From: Nonlabens ponticola
Lineage (GTDB): Bacteria; Bacteroidota; Bacteroidia; Flavobacteriales; Flavobacteriaceae
Length of the DNA: 32,000 nt
NCBI RefSeq assembly: GCF_003966335.1
Contig: NZ_CP034549.1
Coordinates: forward strand, 1,350,001-1,382,000
Direction: 5' to 3'
Each line of letters begins with the position of its first letter. The stretch's first letter is position 1. The position numbers and the translations under genes are program-made. Shown here one piece after another: positions 17,397 to 26,153 of the stretch. Below the pieces are notes generated by a model, which saw only the letters and a list, made by a program, of their open reading frames with translations, was not told the DNA's origin and ran no database searches.

Positions 17397-18110
17397 ATGA
17401 ATAAAAAAGTCATTTTTCAGGATTTAGGTCGTAAGGATTACAAGGAAACTTGGGATTTGCAGGAGCAGCTTTTTAAAGATGTTCTGGATACCAAAATCAA
17501 GAATAGGAGAGAAGACGCTGGACTGGAAACTAGAAATCATCTGCTATTTGTAGAACATGATCATGTGTACACGTTAGGTAAAAGTGGTGATGAGCAAAAC
17601 TTGCTGGCCAATAAGGAATTACTTGAAAAAATAGGTGCAACCTATTACAAGATCAATCGAGGTGGTGATATTACCTACCATGGGCCAGGACAGATTACAG
17701 GCTATCCTATTCTGGATCTAGAAAACTTCTTTACTGATATTCATAAGTACCTGCGGTTTCTAGAAGAAATGTTTATTAATATTCTAGCTGACTATAATTT
17801 GAAAGGCGAGCGTAGTCCTGGTGAGACTGGCGTATGGCTAGATGTTGGTACTCCATTTGCACGCAAGATATGTGCATTAGGCGTGCGTGCTAGTCGCTGG
17901 GTAACCATGCACGGTTTTGCATTCAACGTCAATACTGATTTAGGTTACTTTGATCACATCATACCATGTGGCATTGAGGACAAGTCTGTCACTTCGCTCG
18001 CAGCAGAACTAAAACGAGATATTGATACTGATGAGATCAAGGAGAAAATAAAGCAGCAGTTTTCTCAACTTTTTGAGGCGCAGCTGATTGACGAGACAAC
18101 AATATCATAA
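17397..18110 (+). CDS. lipB: lipoyl(octanoyl) transferase
   Basis: 237 aa. LLFVEHDHVYTLGKSG, RGGDITYHGPGQITGYPI and KICALGVRASRWVTMHGFAFNV (catalytic Cys and Lys contexts) are LipB signatures. Confidence 0.9.
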   Translation: MNKKVIFQDLGRKDYKETWDLQEQLFKDVLDTKIKNRREDAGLETRNHLLFVEHDHVYTLGKSGDEQNLLANKELLEKIGATYYKINRGGDITYHGPGQITGYPILDLENFFTDIHKYLRFLEEMFINILADYNLKGERSPGETGVWLDVGTPFARKICALGVRASRWVTMHGFAFNVNTDLGYFDHIIPCGIEDKSVTSLAAELKRDIDTDEIKEKIKQQFSQLFEAQLIDETTIS

Positions 18111-18170
18111 AAACTGCCAATTGGGTTTTCGTTAGGTTGCCATAAGTAGTCATCGTCCTACTTTAGTCAC

Positions 18171-19259
18171 ATGACATTGACACCAGAACAAATACGCGAG
18201 GCACTGACCCAGCCTGAAATGGCCGCACACCTAGCAGATCTGGTGTACATTCAAGATGAGCACCTGAGCATTCATCGCAAGAAACACGGTCGTGGTTTCA
18301 CCTATCTTATCAACAATACAGAGAGAGTTAAGGATAAAGAAGAACTCAAGCGTATCAAGTCGCTGGTAATACCGCCAGCGTGGCAAGATGTGCGTATCTC
18401 CAGTGTGGCAAACGGTCACTTGCAATCTGTAGGTCGTGATGACAAAGGCCGCAAGGTGTATAGATATCATGATTTGTGGAGTCTTCTAAGAAACCAGACA
18501 AAGTTTTTTAAGATGTCCGCTTTCGCGAAAGCGTTACCCAAAATAAGAAAGCGATTAGAAAGTGACCTAGCATTAAAAGGAATGCCTCGTGAAAAGTGTC
18601 TAGCGCTGGTAGTGACTGTTATGGATCTAACACACATACGTGTTGGCAATCAATATTATGCGCGCAAAAACAAAACTTATGGACTCTCTACCCTACGCAC
18701 TAAGCATGTAGAAGATGATGGTGACGGCGTGACCTTTAATTTTAAGGGTAAAAAGGGCGTGCAGCAATCACACACCATTACTGATGAAGAAATCGTAGAG
18801 CTAATACACCAGTGCGAGGAAATTCCGGGTTGGGAATTGTTTCAATATATCGATAAAGATGGATCGCATCATGGTATCGATAGCGGTATGATCAATGATT
18901 ATATTCATGAGGTTGCTGGTGATATTTTTAGCGCCAAGGATTTTAGAACTTGGGGCGCGACCACTACTTTTTTTGAGAAGATGCTGGAATTGCCAGTGCC
19001 AGAAACAAAGAAACAACGCGATAAAAATATGCTAGAAGGATATGATGCTGCTGCAGAAGAATTAGGAAACACACGCAATGTGTGTCGTCAATATTATGTG
19101 CATCCTGAGATTCCCAATGTGTACGAAGAGGAAGATAAATTTGAGCAGTACCGTAAAAAGGTAAAAGATTATAACGACTACAAACGCTTCACGGCAGCCG
19201 AGCGTTGCGTGCAGGAAATCATTGAGAACTTTGAGATCGAGTTCAAGCTGGAAGATTAA
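18171..19259 (+). CDS. bacterial type IB DNA topoisomerase (poxvirus-like)
   Basis: 362 aa. IPPAWQDVRIS, GRDDKGRKVYRYH, IRVGNQYYARKNKTYGLSTLR, KDFRTWGAT and the C-terminal VCRQYYVHP (catalytic Tyr context). Confidence 0.85.
   Translation: MTLTPEQIREALTQPEMAAHLADLVYIQDEHLSIHRKKHGRGFTYLINNTERVKDKEELKRIKSLVIPPAWQDVRISSVANGHLQSVGRDDKGRKVYRYHDLWSLLRNQTKFFKMSAFAKALPKIRKRLESDLALKGMPREKCLALVVTVMDLTHIRVGNQYYARKNKTYGLSTLRTKHVEDDGDGVTFNFKGKKGVQQSHTITDEEIVELIHQCEEIPGWELFQYIDKDGSHHGIDSGMINDYIHEVAGDIFSAKDFRTWGATTTFFEKMLELPVPETKKQRDKNMLEGYDAAAEELGNTRNVCRQYYVHPEIPNVYEEEDKFEQYRKKVKDYNDYKRFTAAERCVQEIIENFEIEFKLED
18518..18533. repeat. iterated palindrome copy 9 (exact 16-mer)
   Basis: Inside the topoisomerase IB CDS. 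Reads SAFAKAL. Confidence 0.95.
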
Positions 19260-21701
19260 TTACCAACTATAAATCAACACTTCATTACCATCAACGGTCG
19301 CAATAAAGCGGCTGTTTAAACCACCTATTGTTGTCATTGCCTTACCGTAAACGGGTAAAAAAGGTACCATTTCACCTTTACTGTCAAAAATGTATACTTT
19401 GTTCTCACCAGTGTCGACCGTGTAAATAAAGTCTTTACCATTTATTGATTGGATTCTTGCTGGCGTGTAAGTACCGTATGGTAATTCAATGGAATTGTCG
19501 TTGATCTGCAGCTCGTTTTTTGACTGGCGAACTTGAGTGCGACTGGACATTTCAATGTAGTCGTCATTATTCAAGACTGTTTTAGTTGTGGTGATTTTAC
19601 CAGTGGTTGGGTTGATTTTGATCAATTCTCTGTTCTTGTTCAAGGTTTGAATCAAATTGTCCTTGAAGTATAATTCGCTTGTATTATCAATGGTTTGACC
19701 AATTTCTGTTCTTACATCTCCAGTCCTACTCAATAACTTCAATTTATTAGAGCTGGTGGTAAAGGCAATGTAATCTTTGGAACCTTTTCTAAAATGCTGT
19801 GGTGATTCTGCAATCTCGCCGTCACTTGTGTATTTAAAGCCGTTGACTTTATTACCGCTACTGTTATACATGATTAATTCATCATCTAGGGTAAGTAGAA
19901 TGCGGTAATTTTTATTGTTGTCATAGTCAAATAGACTCAACGGTTGTGTGATGTCATTACGGGTTTTTATCGGGAAACCATCCACATCATTGCCATTGCG
20001 ATCTAATAGATATACTTGATTTTGTGTATTAAATAATAATTGACGACGTCCATTTTTATAAGTATCTACAGATTGAATGTCACCCATGATCTGGTTGTCC
20101 AGCTGTTTACTCCAGTAGGCCGTACCGTCAGGTGCGATAAGGGTAAGATTATATTCTACATCTTGAATAGCGATATCATAACTACCGTTGGTATGATTGG
20201 GAAATATAAATGGTCCAGCTACAATATCATTTGATGATTTGTAGGTTCCTACTTGAGCAACAAGCGGCGCGAGTTGTTGCTGATTGTTAATAGGAACAAC
20301 CATGCGATAAGTTGCGAACTGGTTTTCATGAACATATTGATGAATGATTGCGGGAAAATCCTGCGCCTCAATTTTATCTAAAAGTTCGCGATCGTTCTTA
20401 CTCAAGTTTTCTTCTGTGTCCTTATAAAATTGAGTGCTTATTACTTCAAGCAAGGAGCTGCTGGTTGCGAGCTCCTTTGATTGCTCTTGCCACCATGCTA
20501 GGCTAGATAGGGTAGAGCCATTCTGGTAATTGGCAATGATAAATTCCAGCGTTTCCACACTAGCTGTCCATACCATAAATTCATCGAGAACGATGACATG
20601 TTTATAGCTCCTATTGTCAATGAGTGGTAGCAGATTATTTGTTTTCCATGGCTCGCTCATCGTATAGATGACTTGATCGCGATAGGTGGTTTTGTCACTG
20701 CTCAAACTATCCAGATTGAGGAAAAGTTCCTCGTAGGGTTTTAAGTGCATCGCTATTGCGTTGCCCTTTTCTAATTCTAATTGCATGAGCTCATTGCTGT
20801 TTTCAAGAATAGCCGTTGTACGACCATCTTTCCCAGCAGCCTTGTTGTGGTAGGTCTTTAAATTAGTAATCAACTCTGCCTTGTCACCGTAGGTAATAGA
20901 CCTGGCTTTGATAAAAGACACTGGTAGCAATTGAGCTACCTTATTCTCTTGTGCTTCTAGATTATTGTAAAGCGATTGCTTTTGTTTGATACTGTCCTTG
21001 TAGATCACAAGACCGTCAAGTTGCATCTTTGAATCGGTAGCATCTACTTCAGTTTGATACCAGTTTTTACTGTTGTTAGTTAGTTCAACAGTCTGATTAG
21101 TCATGAAATCCCAAAACCAAGATTTATTCTGCGATCTTATATAAAAGGATAGATCGTTACCATGAGTGCGATCGTATAAATCTTTGAACATACCGTCAAA
21201 AACAAAATCTCCTAGATTTCTTCTCAGGATACTTTCCATCACGATTTGTGAGGAACTAGTAATAGTCAGTCCATCTTTTATGGCTTGATAGTATGTATTG
21301 TCGTCAACCTCGCGGACATTAATTTTAATGTCATTGTACGTAATGGTTTTGGTAGTGGATAAGCTGTCAGGTACCTGTGATTTTTCAGCATAAGTAATCA
21401 TGGTGATTACGGGCTGGTTCTTGCCTTCCATGCTCAAGGCTATGAGCGCTTCATCTTTTACAGGTGTGTTGAATAGAAATGAACCAACCGTTGCTAGATC
21501 TTGAAACCTGTCCAACTGATTCACAGCATTGATGATAGGGTTATTTGATAAAAACTCATTGAGTTGTGCCATGTCTGTTAGCGAGACTACGGCGATGGAT
21601 TCAGATGGTAAGTAAGCGACTAGATCATCGCTAACGCTGTCTTCATCCTTGCAAGAATTGAAGATCACTAGCAAAACCAATAAATACCATACTCTTTTCA
21701 T
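19260..21701 (-). CDS. large hypothetical lipoprotein with C-terminal beta-propeller-like repeats
   Basis: 813 aa. Lipobox LVIFNSC followed by KDEDS, an acidic patch like a lipoprotein export signal. The C-terminal third repeats motifs such as NGNDVDGFPI, SGNKVNGFKY and SKGEMVPFLPVYG. I recognise no family. Confidence 0.55.
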   Translation of the reverse strand: MKRVWYLLVLLVIFNSCKDEDSVSDDLVAYLPSESIAVVSLTDMAQLNEFLSNNPIINAVNQLDRFQDLATVGSFLFNTPVKDEALIALSMEGKNQPVITMITYAEKSQVPDSLSTTKTITYNDIKINVREVDDNTYYQAIKDGLTITSSSQIVMESILRRNLGDFVFDGMFKDLYDRTHGNDLSFYIRSQNKSWFWDFMTNQTVELTNNSKNWYQTEVDATDSKMQLDGLVIYKDSIKQKQSLYNNLEAQENKVAQLLPVSFIKARSITYGDKAELITNLKTYHNKAAGKDGRTTAILENSNELMQLELEKGNAIAMHLKPYEELFLNLDSLSSDKTTYRDQVIYTMSEPWKTNNLLPLIDNRSYKHVIVLDEFMVWTASVETLEFIIANYQNGSTLSSLAWWQEQSKELATSSSLLEVISTQFYKDTEENLSKNDRELLDKIEAQDFPAIIHQYVHENQFATYRMVVPINNQQQLAPLVAQVGTYKSSNDIVAGPFIFPNHTNGSYDIAIQDVEYNLTLIAPDGTAYWSKQLDNQIMGDIQSVDTYKNGRRQLLFNTQNQVYLLDRNGNDVDGFPIKTRNDITQPLSLFDYDNNKNYRILLTLDDELIMYNSSGNKVNGFKYTSDGEIAESPQHFRKGSKDYIAFTTSSNKLKLLSRTGDVRTEIGQTIDNTSELYFKDNLIQTLNKNRELIKINPTTGKITTTKTVLNNDDYIEMSSRTQVRQSKNELQINDNSIELPYGTYTPARIQSINGKDFIYTVDTGENKVYIFDSKGEMVPFLPVYGKAMTTIGGLNSRFIATVDGNEVLIYSW

Positions 21702-21761
21702 TCCCTATACTTTATCGCAAAAGTAAAATGATTACTCAAACTCAGCACTCGTTTAAGAAAC

Positions 21762-22367
21762 TTATAATGGCAGTTCAAGTTGTTCTGGTAGTAATTTAAA
21801 GGTCATGCGGTGATAATCTGTCGTACCGTGATCGCGTATCGCTTGTCTATGTCGCATGGTTGGGTAACCCTGATTATTACACCAGTCATATTGTGGAAAT
21901 TCCTGATCTAGCTGTTGCATGAGCGCATCGCGATGTGTCTTGGCTAGTATGGATGCCGCGGCAATATGCAAATACTTACCATCGCCCTTTATGACAGTAG
22001 TATGATTGATGCCAGGATATGCTTTGAATCTGTTACCATCAACTGCAATATGTTGAGGTTCAATTTTTAATCCTTTGACGGCTTCATGCATGGCTTGAAT
22101 ACTCGCATTGAGGATATTTATTTGTTCAATCACCCGCATGTCCACATGAGCCACATGGTAGGCAATGGCCTCTTTCTCTATAATAGTTCTTAGTTGGTTT
22201 CTACGCTTTCGCGAAAGCTTCTTACTATCATTCAACGCTGCACATTTAAAATCTTGTGGTAGAATCACGGCTGCCGCAGTCACAGGGCCAGCGAGGCAAC
22301 CACGTCCAGCCTCGTCAGTACCGCACTCAATAATATCAGGATATATTTGTGGTAGGAGCATATTCAA
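21762..22367 (-). CDS. rnhB: ribonuclease HII
   Basis: 201 aa. GTDEAGRGCLAGPVTAAAVIL, LNDSKKLSRKRR, ILNASIQAMHEAV, VDGN and ASILAKTHRD match RNase HII throughout. Confidence 0.92.
   Translation of the reverse strand: MNMLLPQIYPDIIECGTDEAGRGCLAGPVTAAAVILPQDFKCAALNDSKKLSRKRRNQLRTIIEKEAIAYHVAHVDMRVIEQINILNASIQAMHEAVKGLKIEPQHIAVDGNRFKAYPGINHTTVIKGDGKYLHIAAASILAKTHRDALMQQLDQEFPQYDWCNNQGYPTMRHRQAIRDHGTTDYHRMTFKLLPEQLELPL
22204..22218. repeat. iterated palindrome copy 10 (CGCTTTCGCGAAAGC)
   Basis: Inside rnhB (minus strand). Reads KLSRKRR within the conserved DSKKLSxKRR segment. Confidence 0.95.
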
Positions 22368-22479
22368 AATTAGGAATTTGGGATGGTAAAGTTGACTGCA
22401 ACCGCAAGAGGCTTTTTAATATAGTATTATAATGTGGTCGTGCTCATAATATTTCATGAGTATATGCGCTATTTATAAG

Positions 22480-22487
22480 TATTTTTG
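22480..22487 (+). promoter_or_regulatory. candidate Bacteroidota -7 promoter element (TAnnTTTG)
   Basis: TATTTTTG lies 7 nt before the porin-like ATG, in the divergent rnhB/porin intergenic region. Confidence 0.25.
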
Positions 22488-22494
22488 ACCGCTC

Positions 22495-24444
22495 ATGAGA
22501 TATTGTTTTTTCTTCATTGTCCTATTTTCTTTGCCATGGTGCGTGAGTGCACAGCGCAGCGGTGGACTTACTCCTATAGGTCAGGATCAAGATGATAGAC
22601 CTATAAGTAACAAGGAACTTACGGTAGATGGCGAGAAGCCGCCTATTACAGATTACCTAATAATTTCTCAGTCTCGTGACACAACATATGTTGACACGAC
22701 ACTATCGATTCAAAAAGACTACAAGTTCAATTACTTGAGAAGTGATGACTTTGAGCTCATGCCTTTTCAAAACATAGGGCAGCCCTATAATAAATTGGGC
22801 AAGCAAGTCCACATGCAACAAATCATGCCGGGTATGGGCGCTAATGCTAGACACGATAATTACTATGAGATTGACGATGTCTATGATTACTACGTTCCAA
22901 CACCGTTAACAGAGTTGTATTTTAAAACTGCCGTAAACCAAGGTCAGCAACTCGATGCGTTTTTTACCAGTAACTTATCACCGCAGTTTAATTTCTCTAT
23001 CAGTTATAAAGGAATGCGCAGCGCCGGTGAGTATGTCAATACACTTACTAGTACAGGAAACTTTAAATTTACTTCTAACTACTTTACCAAGGATAAAAAA
23101 TACCGATTGCGATTACATACCACCTTTCAAGATTTGACTAATCAAGAGAGTGGTGGGCTTACAGTAGAATCACTTCAGGGATTTATAGATGAAGATGAAG
23201 ATCTTGACGATCGTGGTAGGCTAGAGCCTAATTTGAACGATGCAGAAAGCTTATTGGAAGGTCGCAGATTTTACATCGATCACGATTATGAGTTGCTAGG
23301 GCAAAAAGACAGCACATCTTATTATAGCGCTAGGATTTATAACACCGCTTATTTTGAAGATAAATTCTACAGGTTTTCAGAGCCTACACCAACACCAGGA
23401 TTTCTAGGCGAGTCTTATGTTTCTAGCGGTATTGAAGGTAAAACCAACTATGAGCATAGTCTGGTGGAGGCTGGCTTGACTTATGACCACTATATATTAG
23501 GATATTTCAAGGCTGGATTGGCACGTCGAGATTATAATTACGGCTATGATCGTATTGTAAACACGTCAAACGGCGTGGTGGATGATCGACTTATAGGTGA
23601 GGTGTATCAATTTAAAGCCGCTTTTGCTAAGCGATTGGGCGTTTTTGACTTTAAGGCAGATGGCGCGATCAATTTTGCAGGTGATCTAGATGGTCAGTAT
23701 TTACGAGCCGCTGCTGGTCTGCAGTTAAAAGATGTATTGCTTACCGCCAGCGCGAGTGTAAACAGCGTCGCACCAGATTTCAATTTGCAACTTCACCAAA
23801 GTGATTACATCGCTTATAACTGGCAAAATAATTTTGAGAATATCAAGAAACAGCAATTCACTTTTAAGATTGACAGCGATAAATATCTAGATGCTCAAGT
23901 TGACTTTACCACAATGCAAGACCATGCATATTTCAATTATGAGAATGTCGGTGTACTATTTACACCGCAACCGGTGCAGACTGATCAGGATATTACCTAC
24001 TTAAAAGTAAAGGTTCATAGAGGTTTTAGATTCTTAAATCATTTTGGTAGTGATCACACGTTGATGTATCAAAGTGTCACCCAGCAAGACAATATCTTCA
24101 ATGTTCCAGAATTTGTAGCTCGCAATACCATTTACTACGAAGGAGAGTTTTTCAAAAAGGCTCTTAAGTTACAAACAGGCGTGACGCTCAAATACTTCAG
24201 TTCTTATTTCATGGATGCCTATGATCCTGTGCTGGGAGAATTCTACACACAAGATCGAGTAGAGTTGGGTGATTATCCACTTGTGGATATTTTCCTCAAT
24301 GCCAAAATTCAGCAGACAAGGATTTTCTTTAAGTTAGAACATGCAAATTCACCATTTGCAGACCCTGATTACTTCAGTGCACCGTTGCATCCCTATCGAG
24401 ATTTGACCTTGAGATTCGGGCTCGTTTGGAACTTTTTCTTGTAA
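22495..24444 (+). CDS. large outer-membrane beta-barrel protein (Bacteroidota 'putative porin' type)
   Basis: 649 aa with signal peptide MRYCFFFIVLFSLPWCVSAQ. The sequence has an alternating aromatic/beta pattern and a C-terminal aromatic end, GLVWNFFL. The family call is from memory only. Confidence 0.5.
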   Translation: MRYCFFFIVLFSLPWCVSAQRSGGLTPIGQDQDDRPISNKELTVDGEKPPITDYLIISQSRDTTYVDTTLSIQKDYKFNYLRSDDFELMPFQNIGQPYNKLGKQVHMQQIMPGMGANARHDNYYEIDDVYDYYVPTPLTELYFKTAVNQGQQLDAFFTSNLSPQFNFSISYKGMRSAGEYVNTLTSTGNFKFTSNYFTKDKKYRLRLHTTFQDLTNQESGGLTVESLQGFIDEDEDLDDRGRLEPNLNDAESLLEGRRFYIDHDYELLGQKDSTSYYSARIYNTAYFEDKFYRFSEPTPTPGFLGESYVSSGIEGKTNYEHSLVEAGLTYDHYILGYFKAGLARRDYNYGYDRIVNTSNGVVDDRLIGEVYQFKAAFAKRLGVFDFKADGAINFAGDLDGQYLRAAAGLQLKDVLLTASASVNSVAPDFNLQLHQSDYIAYNWQNNFENIKKQQFTFKIDSDKYLDAQVDFTTMQDHAYFNYENVGVLFTPQPVQTDQDITYLKVKVHRGFRFLNHFGSDHTLMYQSVTQQDNIFNVPEFVARNTIYYEGEFFKKALKLQTGVTLKYFSSYFMDAYDPVLGEFYTQDRVELGDYPLVDIFLNAKIQQTRIFFKLEHANSPFADPDYFSAPLHPYRDLTLRFGLVWNFFL

Positions 24445-24467
24445 TTCCTATCGTTTTTATGGAGCAT

Positions 24468-24492
24468 ATCGGTGATCAACCGATTATTTTTT
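24468..24492 (+). terminator. weak possible terminator after the porin-like gene
   Basis: ATCGGT-GATCA-ACCGAT followed by TATTTTTT. The stem is only 6 bp. Confidence 0.35.
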
Positions 24493-24543
24493 CTTTAGAA
24501 TGTTAAAGTAAATAAGGTCTAATAACCATCATATGTTGAATTT

Positions 24544-24565
24544 AGGGTTGACAAATGTTAACCCT
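24544..24565. promoter_or_regulatory. candidate operator: 22-bp imperfect palindrome AGGGTTGACA-AA-TGTTAACCCT
   Basis: The half-sites match at 9 of 10 positions. It lies about 85 nt upstream of the first gene of the poly-Asp lipoprotein/receptor cluster. Confidence 0.3.
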
Positions 24566-24648
24566 TGCAAATCTGTTAGTGTTTTATTAGCAACTGCAAT
24601 GACTTATCGCACGTAGTTTTACTCAAAGAAAAATAATTTATTTACACT

Positions 24649-25728
24649 ATGAAAATTAACAAATTAACAATTGCCTTATTGGCAACCGCAGTAATCGGCT
24701 TTACCTCATGTGACGATGATGATGACCTAGAGGAAGGAAGATTTGACAGAGCAGAATTATATGTAACAAGTGTCGCAAATGGTGATGTGACTGTTTATGA
24801 TTTTGAAGATCGTGATGATGTTGATGTTACTACATTGACCAACAATTCAGACTCAAATGAAGGTATCATTTATGATGCAAGTAGAAACGAGCTTTTTGTA
24901 GCATCAAGAAGTAATCAAACTTTAAGTGCATATACAGGAATCGAGGATTTAATCGACGGTGGTGTATCAGGCGTTTCAGGAGTAGAGTCAGATGACGATC
25001 TAGAAAGCCCACGTGCCATTGCACGCAATGGTAGATTTATCGTTGTAGCAGATAACGATGGTGATGGCGATAATAGCGATGATTTAAGTGATGATGACGA
25101 CGATAATGATGATGACGATGGTAATGAATTGTTTGTTTATGAAAGAACATCAAATGGTCTTGAATTAAGAGATCGTTTTGAAGTAGATTTTGCTCTATGG
25201 GGTATTGAATTTATAGGTGATGATCTTTATGCAGTAGTTGACCAGACTAATCAAATTGCTGTATTTGAAGACTTTCTAAACAACACTGAGGATGATGACG
25301 ACGATGACGACGATGATCTTGATGCAGACAAAGTGGTGTCGATTGAAAACCTTACAAGAACTCACGGTATCGCATATGATAACACTGATGACGTGATGAT
25401 ATTGACTGATATAGGTGCAGCTAGTAGTGATAACGATGGTGGTCTTATCTTGATCCAAAACTTTCAAGATATATTTGACGCAACACCAGAAGGTGGAACG
25501 ATCGCAACAGGCGCCCAAACAAGAGTGTATGGATCAAACACATTCTTGGGTAACCCAATTGATGTAGATTATGATACTGAAACAAACTCAGTATTAGTCG
25601 CAGAGGTTGCCAACGGTGGTGGTCGTGTATTAGGATTTAATAATATTGGTAACGGTGGTAACATTGCTCCAACTATTAATAATCTCTTGCCAGGTGCAAG
25701 TTCAGTAGACTTCTACCTAGAAGACTAA
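24649..25728 (+). CDS. acidic lipoprotein, probable 6-bladed beta-propeller with poly-Asp loop inserts
   Basis: 359 aa. Lipobox GFTSC followed by DDDDD. Six strand motifs recur: ELYVTSVANGDVTVYD, NELFVASRSNQTLSAY, RFIVVADNDG, DDLYAVVDQTNQIAVFE, DVMILTDIG and NSVLVAEVANGGGRVLGF. Asp-rich inserts lie at 25051-25125 and 25291-25317. Confidence 0.6.
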   Translation: MKINKLTIALLATAVIGFTSCDDDDDLEEGRFDRAELYVTSVANGDVTVYDFEDRDDVDVTTLTNNSDSNEGIIYDASRNELFVASRSNQTLSAYTGIEDLIDGGVSGVSGVESDDDLESPRAIARNGRFIVVADNDGDGDNSDDLSDDDDDNDDDDGNELFVYERTSNGLELRDRFEVDFALWGIEFIGDDLYAVVDQTNQIAVFEDFLNNTEDDDDDDDDDLDADKVVSIENLTRTHGIAYDNTDDVMILTDIGAASSDNDGGLILIQNFQDIFDATPEGGTIATGAQTRVYGSNTFLGNPIDVDYDTETNSVLVAEVANGGGRVLGFNNIGNGGNIAPTINNLLPGASSVDFYLED

Positions 25729-25747
25729 TTAGAATTTTAAAATTTAA

Positions 25748-25778
25748 GAAAGCCAACTCACTAGAGTTGGCTTTTTTT
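25748..25778 (+). terminator. intrinsic terminator after the propeller lipoprotein gene
   Basis: AGCCAACTC-ACTA-GAGTTGGCT followed by TTTTTT. Confidence 0.8.
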
Positions 25779-25812
25779 GTTGGTAATAATTTTACATTTT
25801 ATATATTTGAAC

Positions 25813-26103
25813 GTGTCTATCATCAAAAAATACGCTTCATTAGTATTACTGCTGCTCTTTCTAGGAGTGCAGGCAACTTCTTTGCACGGTTTTTCTCATG
25901 AGGATGATGACACTTCATGTGAGCTATGTCTTGTAGTTCAAAATTTTCAGGAAGAAGAGTTTACGGGTCAAGATGCGATTATAATAGCACCACCAGTAAT
26001 GATTCTTGTAAGTGTTGAGGTTGGTGATCATTACGCTTTCGCGAAAGCGGAATCCCAACCAACTTTCTACCCATCACGGCCACCGCCGTTTACCCATAGT
26101 TAG
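25813..26103 (+). CDS. small membrane/secreted protein with HxxSHEDDDxxCxxC motif
   Basis: The track ORF starts at TTG 25777, inside the upstream terminator's T-tract. In-frame GTG at 25813 gives (M)SIIKKYASLVLLLLFLGVQATS, then LHGFSHEDDDTSCELC. The start is uncertain. It contains an iterated-palindrome copy, read YAFAKA. Confidence 0.45.
   Translation: MSIIKKYASLVLLLLFLGVQATSLHGFSHEDDDTSCELCLVVQNFQEEEFTGQDAIIIAPPVMILVSVEVGDHYAFAKAESQPTFYPSRPPPFTHS
26034..26049. repeat. iterated palindrome copy 11 (exact 16-mer, left flank TTA)
   Basis: Inside the small His/Cys protein ORF. Reads YAFAKA. Confidence 0.95.
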
Positions 26104-26153
26104 AATAACACGATCGCATCGGGCGATTGTACTACCTATGAAGTAAATACCCT

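Noticed and set aside
23619-23633. CGCTTTTGCTAAGCG (reads AFAKR) in the porin-like gene as a decayed palindrome copy
   Set aside because: It needs two substitutions and a deletion relative to the 16-mer, which is too weak to separate from chance.
25276-25518. Minus-strand 80-aa ORF with IIVVIVVII
   Set aside because: It is an antisense reading of the Asp tract in the propeller lipoprotein gene.
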